A stretch of DNA of 64,000 nt from Geosiphon pyriformis uo1 (Eukaryota > Fungi > Glomeromycota). The translations under genes were made by a program, and so were the position numbers. The notes under the pieces were generated by a model. It ran no database searches. It was not told the origin of the DNA and saw only the letters and a list, made by a program, of their open reading frames with translations. How positions within the stretch are numbered: position 1 is the stretch's first letter; each line of letters opens with the position of its first letter. The DNA is taken from NCBI GenBank assembly GCA_016748015.1, contig JAAOMT010000741.1:724120-788119 (forward strand), read 5' to 3'. Positions 1 through 14,059 of the stretch are shown here, in pieces.

Positions 1-1329
1 TTTTTTTTTTTTTTTTTTTTTTTGAATCGCTGTCGCCAATTATGTTAAAGCAAAATTGAAATTTGCTCTCGGCTATAAATGATTTGGATTGAGTGCAAAA
101 TATTGAAACTTAATAATAGAATCTTTGATCAAAATTTATTCAAGCGATAGATATTTTTCAATAAAATCAAAAGAAAATCTGACGTTGACGTTGAAAACCT
201 TCTGTATAGTTGGTAAGGTAGTTGATTGATTATTTTACCAAAAAAAATTCGTAATTTTGACTAGCTATAAAAGAAAACCAATTCTAATTGCTCAAATTTA
301 CTACACAAATTATTATTTAATAAAAATTACTAGTAAAATGTTTTCAAGATACTGTTTTTAAAAGCCTCGTAGCGAAGCTTTTGAGATAACTCATTTCAAG
401 AATTTTAGATATTTTGCAATAAAACACTTATATTGTCCAAAGTTTCAAAACTTATGAGACTCTCTAGGTTCCTTTCTTATATTCTTCATTATTTCCTGGT
501 TCTTTAACCACAAGAAAAAATAGTTCGATTAAATATTTGGGTAACGTTTTTGAATAATGCCTCCCATGGGTCATTGAATACACCTGAAACCAAATTTTAA
601 TACCTCGTCAAAAAGGCAAATTTTTATTTCTTTCGCTCATTAAAACTTTAAATTGATGGAAGATGATGATATTAGTGATTTGAATCAGCTTACTAACAAT
701 TTATTTTGTGAAAGTTAAGAGAATTAACTATTATTATTATTATTATTATTATAATATTATAATATTATCGTGCCCAAGTGCAAAAAGAACATGAAGGAGA
801 CAGAAAATTTTCAATTTTTTTTTTTTTTACAACTAATTTTATCTTTGGGATTACCTTTTAAAGCATATTTAGAAATAATCTTGACTTCACAGGAACAATT
901 TGGAATAAATAAAAGAAACTATGATTCAGATTAGACCTCAATGAAATCTATAGAAGCAATAAACAGCGATTCGTACTTTGAAAATTTAGCACTTTAAAAA
1001 AATTAAATTTCAACCTTTGTTTAAAGCATTGGAAAATTTGAAAATTTTGTGAAAAGTAAAAAATTTATTACGAACCAGAAAAATTGTATATTATTTTCAG
1101 TATGTTGCATAACGCTTTTAAAAGGAAATTGGGAAGTAGTTAACTTTTATCGGAAAAAAAAAAAGTTTGGGAATATTTAAATGTTACTGAAGACAAAGAC
1201 ATAGTAATAAAAATTGAAAAACACTCTTATTTTAAATAATGCAATTACAATGCAAAAATATCTTTTTCAGTAAATCCATTGCAGTAGACAATATTCAACG
1301 ACGTTTATGCGAAATATATGGCTCAATTT

Positions 1330-1860
1330 TCTAAACTTTATTTACTGACAAACATAAAAAAATATGCTTGCAATGGGTTAAAAATCATAAATATTTGACT
1401 AGAATTGAGTTGTATTTTCAGACGAAAGCACATTTCGTTTATCCTCCCTCCCAACCAATATTAAAACTTTCACAATTTTTTTGACAAAGAAAATTATTCC
1501 GGTCTGTGAAACACCTATTAAAGGTCAAAGTATGAGACTGTTTTATAGCTTTGGGTTTTAGTACAAATGGGGTCTTTTTCCATCTGTTGATATGCTTTTT
1601 GGGAATCATTCTATAAAATGGATCTTGCAAAAAGATAATGATCCAAACCATCAAAAAAAAGTTGCTTATTGGAAGAAGGAAAATAATGTCATTTTATTCC
1701 ATGTCTATCAATTTAACCTGACCAAAATCCAATTAAAGACGTTTGGAGGTTTGATGAAAATAGCACATAAAAAAAATAAAACTCTTGCAGAATTAAAAGT
1801 GCACTTAGTAAAAGAGTGGAATCGTTTACTTGATAAAAATCCAATATCAAAGTAAGAATT
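1330..1860 (+). mobile_element. Degenerate Tc1/mariner (IS630-like) transposase fragment
   Basis: Across frames it reads ...VVFSDESTF... (~1408-1435) and ...WILQKDNDPNH... (ORF 1592-1855), matching the first and second catalytic Asp motifs of Tc1 DDE transposases. There are frameshifts and no TIR was found. Confidence 0.7.
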
Positions 1861-2399
1861 CTTTGAAATATTGGAATAATTGTTTCTAAACAAAGTGCCA
1901 ACAAACTTGATTTCAAAATTGTGTGCTTGCAATTATCTTTAAATTTAAATCTTAAAGTTGCAATGAAAGCAATTGTTGAAGCTAGATTTTTATAAAATAT
2001 TACTATTATATAATTTTCTTTTCTAATACCTTTTAAAAGAAAGAAAATTTTTTTTACCAAATATTAGAAAAAAAATAACCAACTTGGCTTTTTTCTTAAG
2101 AGGGAGTGGTTTATTAAATTTCTCTCCACAATCTGAGATGGAGTTTCTTTCTTTGCACATATTTTTAGTATTTGTATTTGGGCTTTAAATTGGGTTGCTA
2201 TTTGCATTGTGACTTTATGTAGAATATTTTACAATTACTAATATTGTGCTCCTTTTTCCTAAGTTAATTTGAAAGAGATTTTCCAGTTTATTTAAAACTT
2301 TAAAAAAAAATGAAAAGTTCATTTTATTCAAATTCTGGTAACTTTGATTTTTTGGATTCGAAAGTATTCAACGAGAATGTCCTTAAAAATTTACAACGG

Positions 2400-3790
2400 A
2401 GAATGGTCTGACTGTAATTAGCAAAACTTGTTCCATTACCAACCTCTTTGCAGGAAAGGCCGATGGTAAAATGTTATTTTTGGTTACTTATGATGTCACA
2501 AAACCTCTCATTCATTCCTACCATCACCATCTTAACCTCGTAAAATCAAAAGGTGAAGTCGTCAAGTACTTTTGAGGTAACACAATCGAAATCCCCAGAC
2601 AAACTAGTATTTCCTTCCCTCCTATCAATATTACATCGTCCTATTTTGTAAGCTTAATTCTCGCAAACGTCGCCAGATCGGCAAAAATTATTTCGTTACG
2701 GCAGTCGAAATTACAGTGCTCAAAGAAATGCGAGAAATTGGAATTTGTAAACCCAAGAAAGGGGGATTTTATTATGATGGGTTCATCTCGAACAAGCTGT
2801 TAAGATTCATAGAAATTGTTAAAAACGAAAGCTTCATTAAAGAAAAATCTTTGTAATTGGAATTTTCGCTAATGAAAAAGGATTTCCCAATGACGTGTGT
2901 TGACAACTAATGAACCCATAGAATATTATTTTTTGTAACCTACTATAGCTGATATTTATTAAAAATCCCATCTATCCTAAATCATTTTAACTCGATTTCC
3001 AATTATAACTATAATACTTAGAAAGAAGGGATCTTTTTTTTTACAATCAAAAGGTCATTGAAAATATTTATATTTATTTTGTATCGTTTGTCAAATATTT
3101 AATAATATTTCCAAAAATGAAAACAATCCACTACCACCAAAAAGAATATAGCGTCCATTTTTCAAAAGAATAAAAATTAGAACTTTCGAACTATCCAAAT
3201 TCACCCTTTTCAAATAGGAATTTTGAGCAATATAAGTTGGCTCGATAAAGATATTTGGATAAAAGATGAATAATTCTCCTTTAATTTTATTTTGATTAAC
3301 TGTTTTCAGTGCGTCTTTGCAACCCGAATCTGGTTAAATTTTACTAGAATTAATTGTCTTTGTATCCTGTTAATCAAAAAATCGGCAAACTAACCAAAGA
3401 AAACCTGGCATCTTTCCTAAAATAGCATTTGAAAAGTTTGGAAGATTACCGATTCCGTCAAGTCAATCAAATTAATACTCCTTGTCGTGAATATGAGCAA
3501 GGAAAATCGTCTTTAGGATCGTATTGAGAATCCCGATATTTTTTCGCCGAATATAAACACTACTTTCGAGAGAATCTTGGTAGATTTAATAACTTACTGA
3601 TACTGGTTTTTAAAAAAAAATTCCAAGTATAAGACAATGATTGTCTATTTGGGAAAATATTTCACCCTAAAATGGGTGACTTTAATAACCATTTCGGGAA
3701 TTTTTTGATATTAAAAGTTTGTCGATGCCTCACAGAAGGTAAAAATTATCTTCAGCTGAGAATTCCAAGTCATCCAGGGCAATCTCGCTA
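2400..3790 (-). pseudogene. Possible decayed kelch-repeat (galactose-oxidase-like) gene
   Basis: Scattered minus-strand peptides VVFIFGE (~3545), KNGRYILFGGSG (~3130-3165) and DDVILIGG (~2620-2640) resemble the kelch hydrophobic-GG motif. There is no continuous ORF. Confidence 0.3.
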
Positions 3791-3958
3791 TTTTTCAGGG
3801 GGTAATTAAAATAAACTAACGACTTTAAGATTAAGAGAAAAAACAATAAAATACAATACAATACAATACAATACAATAAAATAAAATAAAATACAATGAA
3901 AACATTTGTTGATTTTAATTATGAATAGTAATTTATACATGGGAAAACCTACTGGGAG

Positions 3959-5067
3959 TTATATTAACAAAGATTCAGGAAAAGCAAAAAAATTCTGACT
4001 ATCGTAATAACATTGATTTCTAAATTGTTTTTCTACTTCATCCAATAAGATATGAACTTGCTTTTCGAGTGAGAAGATTTTATGAACCAAATGGAAATGG
4101 GCTTGTTTTCCTTCATCAATTGTGACTTCATAGCCAAGGTCAGTGCCTCTATATAGATTTTCTATAAATGGCAAGGTCAATTTTAGCATACAATCTTTGA
4201 GAATAATTTTTGACTTTAATATATTTCAAAACTCTTTATTAGATTACCTGAAATTTTCTGACCAATAAATTTTGGGATAACAAGGTTTTCATTGCCAATG
4301 TTTTGGTTAAAAATTTGCTCATCATAAGAGTAACTTCCTTGTAAATTCTCGTCACCGTTTTGAGAAAAGCAAGGATTCATGTCTAATTCATCGTAAGATA
4401 AATTTGGCGTAAAAAATTGAGTGTCCGATTTTGTTTGTTGATTCTGCGAAAAGGTTTCAAAAGGATTGGTAACAGATATGTAGGAAGTGTTGCCGTAATT
4501 TGAATCGGAGCCGAGTTCTGTGTGTACTTTTGCAACCTGAGTTATAGGCATTATCGGGTCAGGTGAAATTTGCTCAGACGTCTTTGAAGAATTTTTGCGA
4601 TTCATTTGGATAAAATTTTGGTCTTTTTTCAAAGACGCTGTCTTATTAGACGAATTGGAATCGATTGATGAAGGTGTCGTAGAATGGATTGAGTTTGAAA
4701 TTTCATGATGATACTCGACAAATTTTCTCGGGAAAATTCCATCTCGTATCTTTGCAAATGCTAACTTTGCTTCGGCAACCATTTGATTATATTTAGCCCT
4801 TACGTGCTCAGGTTCCCGAACCCAGAGTTTTGTGGTCATTAGTGAAAGGTCACTCATTGTGGGATGATATTTTTTTGCGTTACATTCTTTTTGAACAGCC
4901 ATTCTGTAGGCTAAAAACGCGTTAGGAACTTTGGAAAGTTTGTTACTGCGAAGCTTTTGAAGAGCATTATTCATTAATTCATCAATCGTGAGATTAGGTG
5001 GAAATTTGGGTCGAACAATTGCCGATTTACGACCTACGTGATCAGATTTTTTAAAATTTGATGACAT
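3959..5067 (-). CDS. MATA-type HMG-box transcription factor, 2 exons (5067-4248, 4161-3959), ~340 aa
   Basis: HMG box: KVPNAFLAYR...MSDLSLMTTKLWVREPEHVRAKYNQMVAEAK, preceded by RPKFPP. An 86-nt GT..AG intron (4247-4162) with a GCTAA branch-like site joins ORF 4216-5067 in frame to ORF 3959-4189. Confidence 0.85.
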
Positions 5068-5361
5068 ATTTGAGAAGATGACTTTTGTTGAAATTCAAAG
5101 TTTTTTAAGGTATAAAGATTCAAAATAAATATCTCAAGTAAAGAAGTAAGGAAGGCCTAAAAAATGGTAGACTGAAATGAAAAGCGATTGAGATTATTGA
5201 GCACAAAACCTTCTGGGCGTGAGAAGGCAGCTTTTATAAATTTTGAAGTAGTGATAAACTTTTATAAAGTATAGAAACTTTGAATGATCATTGATTAAGT
5301 ATCATCTTTTATTTGTCTTTGTGTTTTTTGAGGAACACATAGAATTTCTAGAAGAAAGCTG

Positions 5362-5434
5362 CTTCTTCTTCTTCTTATTCTTATTATTATTATTATTATT
5401 ATTATTCTTCTTCTTCTTCTTCTTCTTCTTCTTC
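5362..5434. repeat. Compound (CTT)n-(ATT)n-(CTT)n microsatellite
   Basis: Seen directly, ~300 bp upstream of the HMG start codon. Confidence 0.9.
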
Positions 5435-6423
5435 TGATGAGGTTTAAAACCAAAGCAGAGCATTCATTTGAAACGATGTGTATTGTGAAGGGATAGCTGT
5501 CACACCAACTAATTTGTTATTAACCTTGAAATCTTTGATCAATTTACTAAAAATCAAGTTTGGAATTCTCTCCAAAAAAATGTGGCTATGTTAATCATGA
5601 CATAGTACACGATGATGATTGATAAAAAACTTTGCCGATTTCAAACTTTATCTTGATAGCTCGATGATGACAAAAATCAAATTAATACTGAAAACAATAA
5701 AGTAATTTTTTTATTTTTGAGATTCTTTCAATTTTTATTTCTCATACTAATTTTTTTATGGGGTAAAAAAAACTTAAAAATGTAAATTGAATAGAATTTT
5801 TTGTTTGATCGATCGAAGAAGGAAATGACTTTATTTTAAAGAATAGATCATTTACAGAGACAGAGTATCAAGAAAATCTTTTAATTATAAAGAGTTTTGC
5901 AAAGAAAAAATTTTGAATTCGTATGATATATTCATTACAATCTGGGACCTGAGATCGAATCAAATTAAGTGTATATCTAACTTTCCGTCTTTTACGGATT
6001 TTTTTTTTACCTTCAACATATCTACAATGTTGGTGAAGTTTAATATAAATGATTAACAAAATTTTGAACCACAAATAAAGAAATGTTAGTTTCGTTGTCG
6101 AAGTAATGAGCAATCATCATTTGTCAACATTCGGTGAAAAAAAAACTTTGATCTATCCATCGCCAAAATTAAGCAAGTCTATCTTGAGATGAGGAGGAGA
6201 GTGGAAAATTAAAAATGAAGTTTCATTATACTTTCGTCTAAATTGAAGATTAAATTGAAAAACTCGGGAAAAATGGACATTAATTGAAAGAGATTCAAAT
6301 TCTTTTGTCTTATTGTTTTTAAATATTTTTCTAGACTTTTAATTACAGAATTTCGAATGGTTTGAAATCAATCGAGCTGAATTTTTTCATTAATTTCTGA
6401 ATTATTTATTGCTATTGAAACTT

Positions 6424-6466
<43 letters not shown>

Positions 6467-6546
6467 CTTACAATTGAACCGATGGCAGGAATGCAATTGC
6501 AAATGAAGATTAATACAACCAACCAACCAACCAACCAACCAACCAA
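6424..6546. repeat. (ATC)n and (CAAC)n microsatellites
   Basis: Seen directly at ~6424-6464 and ~6516-6546. Confidence 0.9.
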
Positions 6547-9479
6547 TCAAAGAAATCTCCTTATCTTTCTTTTCGATTGGCAAAATTTGTTTCTTGCACT
6601 TATAAGATTAAATACTTTCTTTACCATTATTATTCGTCGGAAAATTAATCGATTTTAAGATCGATTAATAGTTTTGCCAATAGCCGGTATTCTAAGATCT
6701 TGAAAAATATTACATAAATTATTCTATTACATAAATTATTTATTACATAAAAATATCCTTACATAAAAAATTGTTGATAAAAAAACATTGCCGCATTTGA
6801 ATCGCGTGGTTGCATTCTACAAATTATAACAATTGAAAAACAAACAAACATGTAATACCAACCATTATTCGGGAGATAATGAGTCTTCAGCTCTCAATTT
6901 GACATAATAGGATTATCATTACAATGAGTCAATGTATATTGTTTAGAATTAATTTAAATTAAAATTAAAATTAAAAATTTCTTTGTAAAATCTATTTAGC
7001 CCACAGTTAAATGAAAAAACGTCATATTCAAAGATAGACATATTGATGATCATAATAAGAGATACTGCAAAATTTCGTCATTGTCTATATGAAATGTTAT
7101 TCAAAAATCTAAAGAACTAAAGTTTATTTGTTTCATACAGGAAATATCTACGATTGGTGTAATATTTTCATCTCAAAAGTAACAAATTTGGGAGAGATTA
7201 CTGTATAAGATAAGAATCAAAATAACTAAAGAGATTTATCATATCGGTGACTATGAATGGATACTCTTTGATTATTCCCTTAAAGAGTCTAAATTTTTAC
7301 ATGAAAAATATTCAAGGAGGTTTAAATTTAGTGGATCAAAATATTTACTTTCTTTAGGTCTTGGGTGTGGTTCACAAATTCTAACAATTTGATTGGAAAA
7401 TTGAATTTTAATAAATAATATTAACAAACTTTTTCATAATTCATGAAATTGCCGTATCAAACGTTTCAAATTATGTAAAATTTTCTTATTATGAAGATAC
7501 ATGTACCATGTACCATGTACAATGTACAATATAAGATACATATGCTAAAAAAATATTTTATTCTTTATAAAATTTTAAAATTAAATTGGATAAGTCAAAT
7601 ATTTAAAGAGTAAATATTTATCTCAAAAGTCTAACCTTTAATGAACGATTTTTTTTTTGACAAAGAAATATAATTACAATTATTTATTTAATCTGAAAAC
7701 AATTAATAGTAATATAACATAATTTGTAAGCCATAATCATTTATTTATTAAAAAATAAAAATAAAAATAAAAATATTTTTTTGTCTTTATTTTTATTCTC
7801 CTGAAAAAAATAATATCCCTTCTCGAAATTAAAAGTATGACTTAAATTAGGGTGTATCAACCTATGAAAATGGGTAAAATAAATGAAAATAAATTAAAAT
7901 GATTAAAATAAATGAAAATGGATAAAATAAATGAAAAATTTTAACTTGTGTTTATATTATTAATCACAATGCTTTGTCAAAATTTCTAAATATTAAACTT
8001 AGTTATCATCTAAATTTTTAAAGATCAAAAAAGGTATTAGGATTCTATTATTGTTATTAAATTTTTTATGCGAAATAGGTCTTATATGAAATAGGTCTAA
8101 TATATAAAACATTTTAATTTAGTTTAACTTCTAAATTTGGATCGTTGGTCGATATCGTTTGGTAAGAATGGTTTTTAATGAATTTTCCGATCTATTTATG
8201 AATACAATTGCCAAGATTGTATAATTATTCCGAATTTAATTATGCAATAAAATTGGTGATACATGTACACTGCTTGAATTATTTAGTAAATATATATAAT
8301 CTAAAATTGGTTGGAACATAATAACTCGCTTTTTGCTGCTGACACTGCCACTTCTTTTTCTCTCAGTTTTATATGGGACTGCTGCTTACAAATTATTTTT
8401 TGGCTTCATTTTTTTAAAAATAAATAAAAATATTATTATAAAAATATTTTTCAAAATTTATAAATTTTTTGCTAATTTTCAATATCTGAAACCTATAAAT
8501 AAATATATTTGAAAATTTTGAACTTGATAATTTTAAGCCTAAATTTTGAAAATGAAAAATAAACTTTCAAATTTAAGAAAATTTAGTGATTCAAAGATTT
8601 TTCGGTCATTAACAGACGAGGAATTTATTTACAACTCTACTTCATTTTTCATATATCTATATAAGGTCGTAGTAAATAATCGAAGCCATTATTTAAAGTG
8701 ATAGAAAGTAATCCTTGAAATAATTGATCACTGAAATTATCTTTGTACATTTATTTTTTGAAGACAGGAATAGAGATTGCTCTACCAAAAATGTGAATTT
8801 TAATTAATTCTAATACTTGAATCTGTCTTTATGAATTATAATTGATTTTTTCATACTTTTCGTTCTACATTACACGTTTTATATTGTCAGTGATATTGAC
8901 AGGAGCCGCACCTAAACAATCTCGTGAAAACATACCGAAACAGATCACAGCCCTACAAAGATTTTGTTTGCCCAGATAATCGAAAGGAAAGAGATTTTTC
9001 CGAACCTTATAGGCAATTAAAATTTTAAATTCAAAGAAAATTTTTTCCTTTTTATGTATATGTTATGGTCTTAAAAATAGCGACACAAAAATTTATTTTC
9101 ATCTATTAAAGTTTCTGACTTTCATTCTGATTTAATATATATCGGATTCTTGAGCTTAAGACAGATCTTTCCTAGTCTGTCACAACTATTTTAGTTTTTT
9201 TATTTGAGAGAAATTATTTCAACAAAGTTAAAGTTGTCTTTATCAACTGATAATTCGTTTATAAAAAATATTACATACATTGTTCAAATGTTCTGTAAGT
9301 CCAAAGTTTAATTGAATAATTTAGCTATTTAAAGTAAAGGTTGCCTTCAGGTTATTTATTATATTTATCTATAACCAATCCGGTTCGTCCTTTTCCATTG
9401 AGCTACTGGAGTACTCAAGATCTAGACCTCAAAAATTAGAATCAGTTATCTATTCCAGGCACAAAGATCCTGGTCAATC

Positions 9480-10474
9480 AAGGAAGTTGGTATCAAGATT
9501 ATGAGCGAAATCCCAAACTATAATTTCTTATCCAAAGAGCAGCTGACAATTTTTGTCCTATTGAATTGAGCCTTAAGAACTCTATATTTGTTAAATCAGG
9601 AAAATTGAACATTAAAATTTCTTTTGTTTGGATGCTTTATGATTTCGAATGAGTGCGAAGAACGGAAAAACTTACCGATTGGTATGAAGATGCTTCAAAG
9701 TTTTCAATAGTTTCCCACTTTACAAATCCCAATTCGAATTGTTTCGTCATAACTACCGTTGACAATTCGATTTCCATCAAATTGAAGGGTTCTAACCATA
9801 TCAGTATGTCCTTCAAATATTTCGATAGATTTATCCTTCGATCCCGAGACAATAATTTTTCCATCGAACCTTATACAAGCGATACCCCGTTCATGACCTT
9901 CAAAGCTACGTATTAATTCACCAGTATCCAACGCCAGCAGTCTTATTGTTCGATCACTTGAAGCTGAAACTACATAGTTGTCTTGTAATTGGACGGGCAT
10001 TGACCGCAGCAATATGACCGGTTAATACGTGAATGCATTTGCCACTTTGGAGCAGCTCATGATACATCGGTCATCGAAGCGAAGATCCAACACCTTTTCC
10101 GTGTAGCCTCTAAATATGCTTAATATATCACCAGTTTCAAGATCTCAAATAATAATGGTGAAATCACTACTTCCGCTTATAATAAATTTATCGTCATATT
10201 GCAAACATAGAACAAATGCCGTATGACCTTTGTAAGTTCTTAGACATTGGTTTGATTCCAATTTCTAAATTTTAATGGTATTATCACAACTTCCACTAAT
10301 AATCTTATCCTCATCAAATTGAATGCAATAAATTCCTTTAGTATGGCCAGGGAGTTCATGAACACTATAATTCCCCGTACGCCAATTTTCTTCTAGACAA
10401 CTTCGTTGATAATATAAATATTCCCAATTAACTTTTGGCTCTCCAAATTCGTTTTTGATGTTCTGGAGCAACAT
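9480..10474 (-). pseudogene. WD40 propeller of the F-box/WD (beta-TrCP/Met30/Fbw7-like) type, disrupted
   Basis: WEYLYYQRSCLEENWRTGNY helix, then GHTKGIYCIQFDEDKIISGSCDNTIKI*, GHERGIACIRFDGKIIVSGSKDKSI and GHTDMVRTLQFDGNRIVNGSYDETIRI. WD Trp positions are TAG (10265-10267) and TGA (~10145), plus frameshifts. Confidence 0.8.
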
Positions 10475-10479
10475 GATTC

Positions 10480-10970
10480 ACTGTAAATATATGGTTCAGT
10501 GGTGTTTGAAGAGCTATAACTATTAGTAGAATAGTTTGGCGCAGATTTGTTTATAAGATAATTATTTACAGGATAATTTGGTGTAGAGTTGTTTGGGAGG
10601 TCATAATTAGTTGTGTAGTGAATTGGCGTAGAGGCATTTGAAGAGAGATTAGTTGACGAATAAATTGTTTGAAGAGGGATAACTAGTTGTGGAACGAATT
10701 GGTGCAGAGATGTTTGGATGGGGATGACTAGTCGTCGAATGAATTAGTGGAAACGTGTTTGGCGAAGGATAACTATTATTTGAATGGCTTGGTGCAGAAG
10801 TGTTTGAATTGGGATAACTTGTCATGGGATCAATTGAAGCAGAATTATTAGGAGAGGGGTAACTAGTGGCGGAATAAATTGGTTCAGCAATGCTAGAACT
10901 ATTAATATTGTTGTTGTTATTTGTTGTTGTTTTTGTTGTTGTTGTTGTTGTTGTTGTTGTTATCATCATC
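10480..10970 (-). pseudogene. Ser/Pro/Thr/Asn-rich linker with imperfect ~16-aa repeats (TSYPSPNNSA-like) and an (AAC)n tract
   Basis: ORF 10649-10969 continues in another frame down to ~10480 with the same composition. It lies between the kinase and WD40 relics. Confidence 0.6.
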
Positions 10971-10971
10971 G

Positions 10972-11885
10972 TTAGTATTCCAAAGAAAAATTTGATTCCG
11001 TCAATTTATCAGTTGTGCTTGTGGGAATTTCCGTCCATTCAATTCTTAAAAGCCTTTGGGATACTTCATCAATATTTAGACGCTTGGTTGGTTCGCCATC
11101 CCAACATTCTGAATAAAGTTTTACATATTCCAGCGGTGTACCGAGAATTGGTGTTTCTCGTTTACAATAAGCACTTTGAACTTTAAAATAATGGGAAATT
11201 AACAAGCCATTTAACCAATAAATCGTTACGAAAATAACATCATAATATAAGAGAAAAATCATACCGAATCTCGATCATCATTGAACGGCGGACGGCTACT
11301 GGTTAATTCCCAAAAAATGACACCAATACTATATACATCAGATTTTTGATCACGTTCATGGTTTTGTTTCAAAAAGCATTGTGGCTCGAAGTATGGTGGA
11401 TAACCACAAACCACAGAAAAAGCGTTAATTTAGTTCTTATTGATATCTTTGCATAAGCCAAGGTCAGCAATCTTAATAGTATTTATGTACGAGAATATTT
11501 AAGGAGTTCTGAGATATTTATAATTGTAATTTTAGAAAATGGTAAAACTTTCTTGATATTTAACCAAGAATAAATTTATTCACCAACTCTCGATGAATAA
11601 TATTTTCACTATGCAAACATGCAACTCCATTTGTGATATCTTGGGCAAACTTTAACCAGTCATTTTGCTAAATTTGGTTTTCGAATAATAACGTAGGGAA
11701 CTTCCATCAGCGTATTGGAGAACTAAGAGGTATTGATCATTGTCTAAAAAGTCCAAAATAAAAAATGGTTTAGCTTACAAACCATTATGAATGGTCATTT
11801 TTTAAAAGAACAAACGTACATTTGCTAAAACCATAAAATTGTAAAATGTTTTCGAAAATATTTGCCTTTCGCAAAAAGTTTATCT
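10972..11885 (-). pseudogene. Tyrosine-kinase-like (TKL) protein kinase, disrupted
   Basis: Subdomain motifs in order: ENILQFYG, YLLVLQYADG, IKIADLGLCK, PPYFEPQCF, KSDVYSIGVIFWEL, RETPILGTPLEYVKLYSECWDGEPTKR. Frameshifts are present and the HRD region is damaged. Confidence 0.85.
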
Positions 11886-14059
11886 TGAAAATCAAGGAAA
11901 TTTATCATTAAATTACAATCAATAGAGTTTGTAATAAGCATCCAACCACATACTAATGCCCAATCTAGATCACAGGTTGTTATATATTATTTGGATTGCA
12001 CTTTTGTTGCATAATAGATTCCTTAGCAGAGTGCACGCAATTATTTCAGAAGTGTAAAATCGGTTTTTAATGTGTTTTTAGATGAAATTTTGTCATTTTT
12101 GCCCGAGTTTTTAACAAAAAAATAAAAAAATGTTAACAAGAAATGGTAGCCTTGAAACGAAAAAAAACAAATTTTTACTTTAATTTGGTGAAGAGACGTT
12201 CATTTTATTTCTGTGATATTTTTTGAAACAGACTGTGTAGCTACCAGAAATAAATCTCACAATACAATCTAATAAATAACTTGGAATTTATAAATTGCAC
12301 CACTTTAATAATTTCTATATCTTTTTGATTAGCAGAGCTCATAAGTAGAAAACAAGTTTTTCGAAAAAATTTTTGGGATTTCCCTTTCCTCCGCGAGTAT
12401 AATTCTATTCTCTCTGGCAAATATCTCTTCTTGCAATAAATATATTATTTAGTCGTTACTGAATGATTGTAATTTTTCTAAAGATCCTTAGCTTCTCCCA
12501 ATTATAATTTTTGTCTATTTTTCTATCTACATTTTAAATATTCCACCTTCCGATTTTGTTATCATCTTTGGTCTAGAATTCAAAGGGATAAAATATTCAT
12601 GGGAAAGTTTGAGCCCATGTAAAAAGTTTCAAGATGCTCAATTTTTTAGTGAAAAAATCTTTTGACTAAATGAAATGAAGGCATTTTTCATTGAATATCA
12701 AATTTTTTACTTTTAAAAATTTTAATTCAACTGTTTATTTTGATAGATCTTTTAGCATGAAAATTGAAGATTTAAGAAATTATTTGCTTTGAATTGATCT
12801 GGATGAATTTTTCATGGTTAATAAAAAGTTGCATGATTCTATTTGAAGGATTAAATATAAAATAGTTTATTGTAATCGAATTAGAGCTTAGGTTACGATA
12901 CCTGTTTCGAAAATTTTTATTTTCTTAAATATTTTATATATTAAACTTTTTAATCTTTTAATGGAAAGGAGAGTTATTTTGGTTTTGAAAAAGTAATAAT
13001 TTTTAAATTTTTGTTGGTCCATAAAAAAATAAAATTTTATTTTCTTAAATTTGAGGCTTTACCTTTTTTTAAACGGATAATTAGTAATTTAAATTTTGTA
13101 ATGCCTCCTATATCTTCAATAGAAAACTTTGAGGTATTAAAACTATTGTTTTGTCTTTCTGTTTATAATTCAAATTTCATTAAACGCAGATTTAAGGTCT
13201 ATGAACAAAGACATTAATAATAAATGGATAGTCTTTTTAGATTTATTTTTAAAAACTATCTCAGGCTTTATTTTCAATTCCATTTTGTAATAAATGATAA
13301 GAGTATCAACAATTGATGGTAAATAATATTCTTGATCACAAATTTATGTAAAAAAATCTTTTGAACTATATGGTTTAATATTTTACATTGTAAAATAATA
13401 GAAAAATCTAGATAAAGTCAAATAAAATTAATTTAACTAAAATTTTCTTTTTTTTTATTAAAAATTAATTATTAAATTTTGCTTTATTTTTTTATTTTAA
13501 CAATTAATTTGTATTAAAAATACATTAAAATAAATTTATTAAAGACTGTCACTTTTGGTTTTTAAGTTTAAATTGATCGGAATTTTTGTAATTTTTGTAA
13601 TTTCAGAAATGCTATGTTTAATTAGTATTATATATATAAAATTTAAAATTGTTTGTAAAAAGTATTTTTATTTTTTTTTTAAGTTATAAAAATAAAAATA
13701 AATTAATTAACAAATTGTTTTTATTCTTTTATTATTTTACCTTAATTATTTCATATAATTTTGTTTTTTATTTAGTATTTATTCTTTTAATTAAATAATA
13801 AAAACAATCTTTTTTTCAATTATTTATTTATAATAGTTAAATTTAAATTTTAAATTTTAAAAAATTAATTTCATTTATTTTTATTAAATATGTTTGTTCA
13901 ACTTAAATTAATTATGTATAACCAAATAAATCATTGTTAATATTGATAGAAAATAAAATTTATAAAAATTGAAATAAAAAATTTTATTAATTTGTTAAAT
14001 AAAATATAATACTAATATTTATCTTTTAAAAACTTTATAATACAATTTATGTACTCATA

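Noticed and set aside
3959-5067. HMG gene as a mating-type locus
   Set aside because: MATA-HMG genes are highly expanded in glomeromycotan fungi, and no MAT-linked neighbours (HD1/HD2, TPT, RNA helicase) are visible.
10890-11186. Plus-strand ORF with a poly-Val hydrophobic N-terminus
   Set aside because: It is the antisense reading of the (AAC)n microsatellite and the kinase relic.
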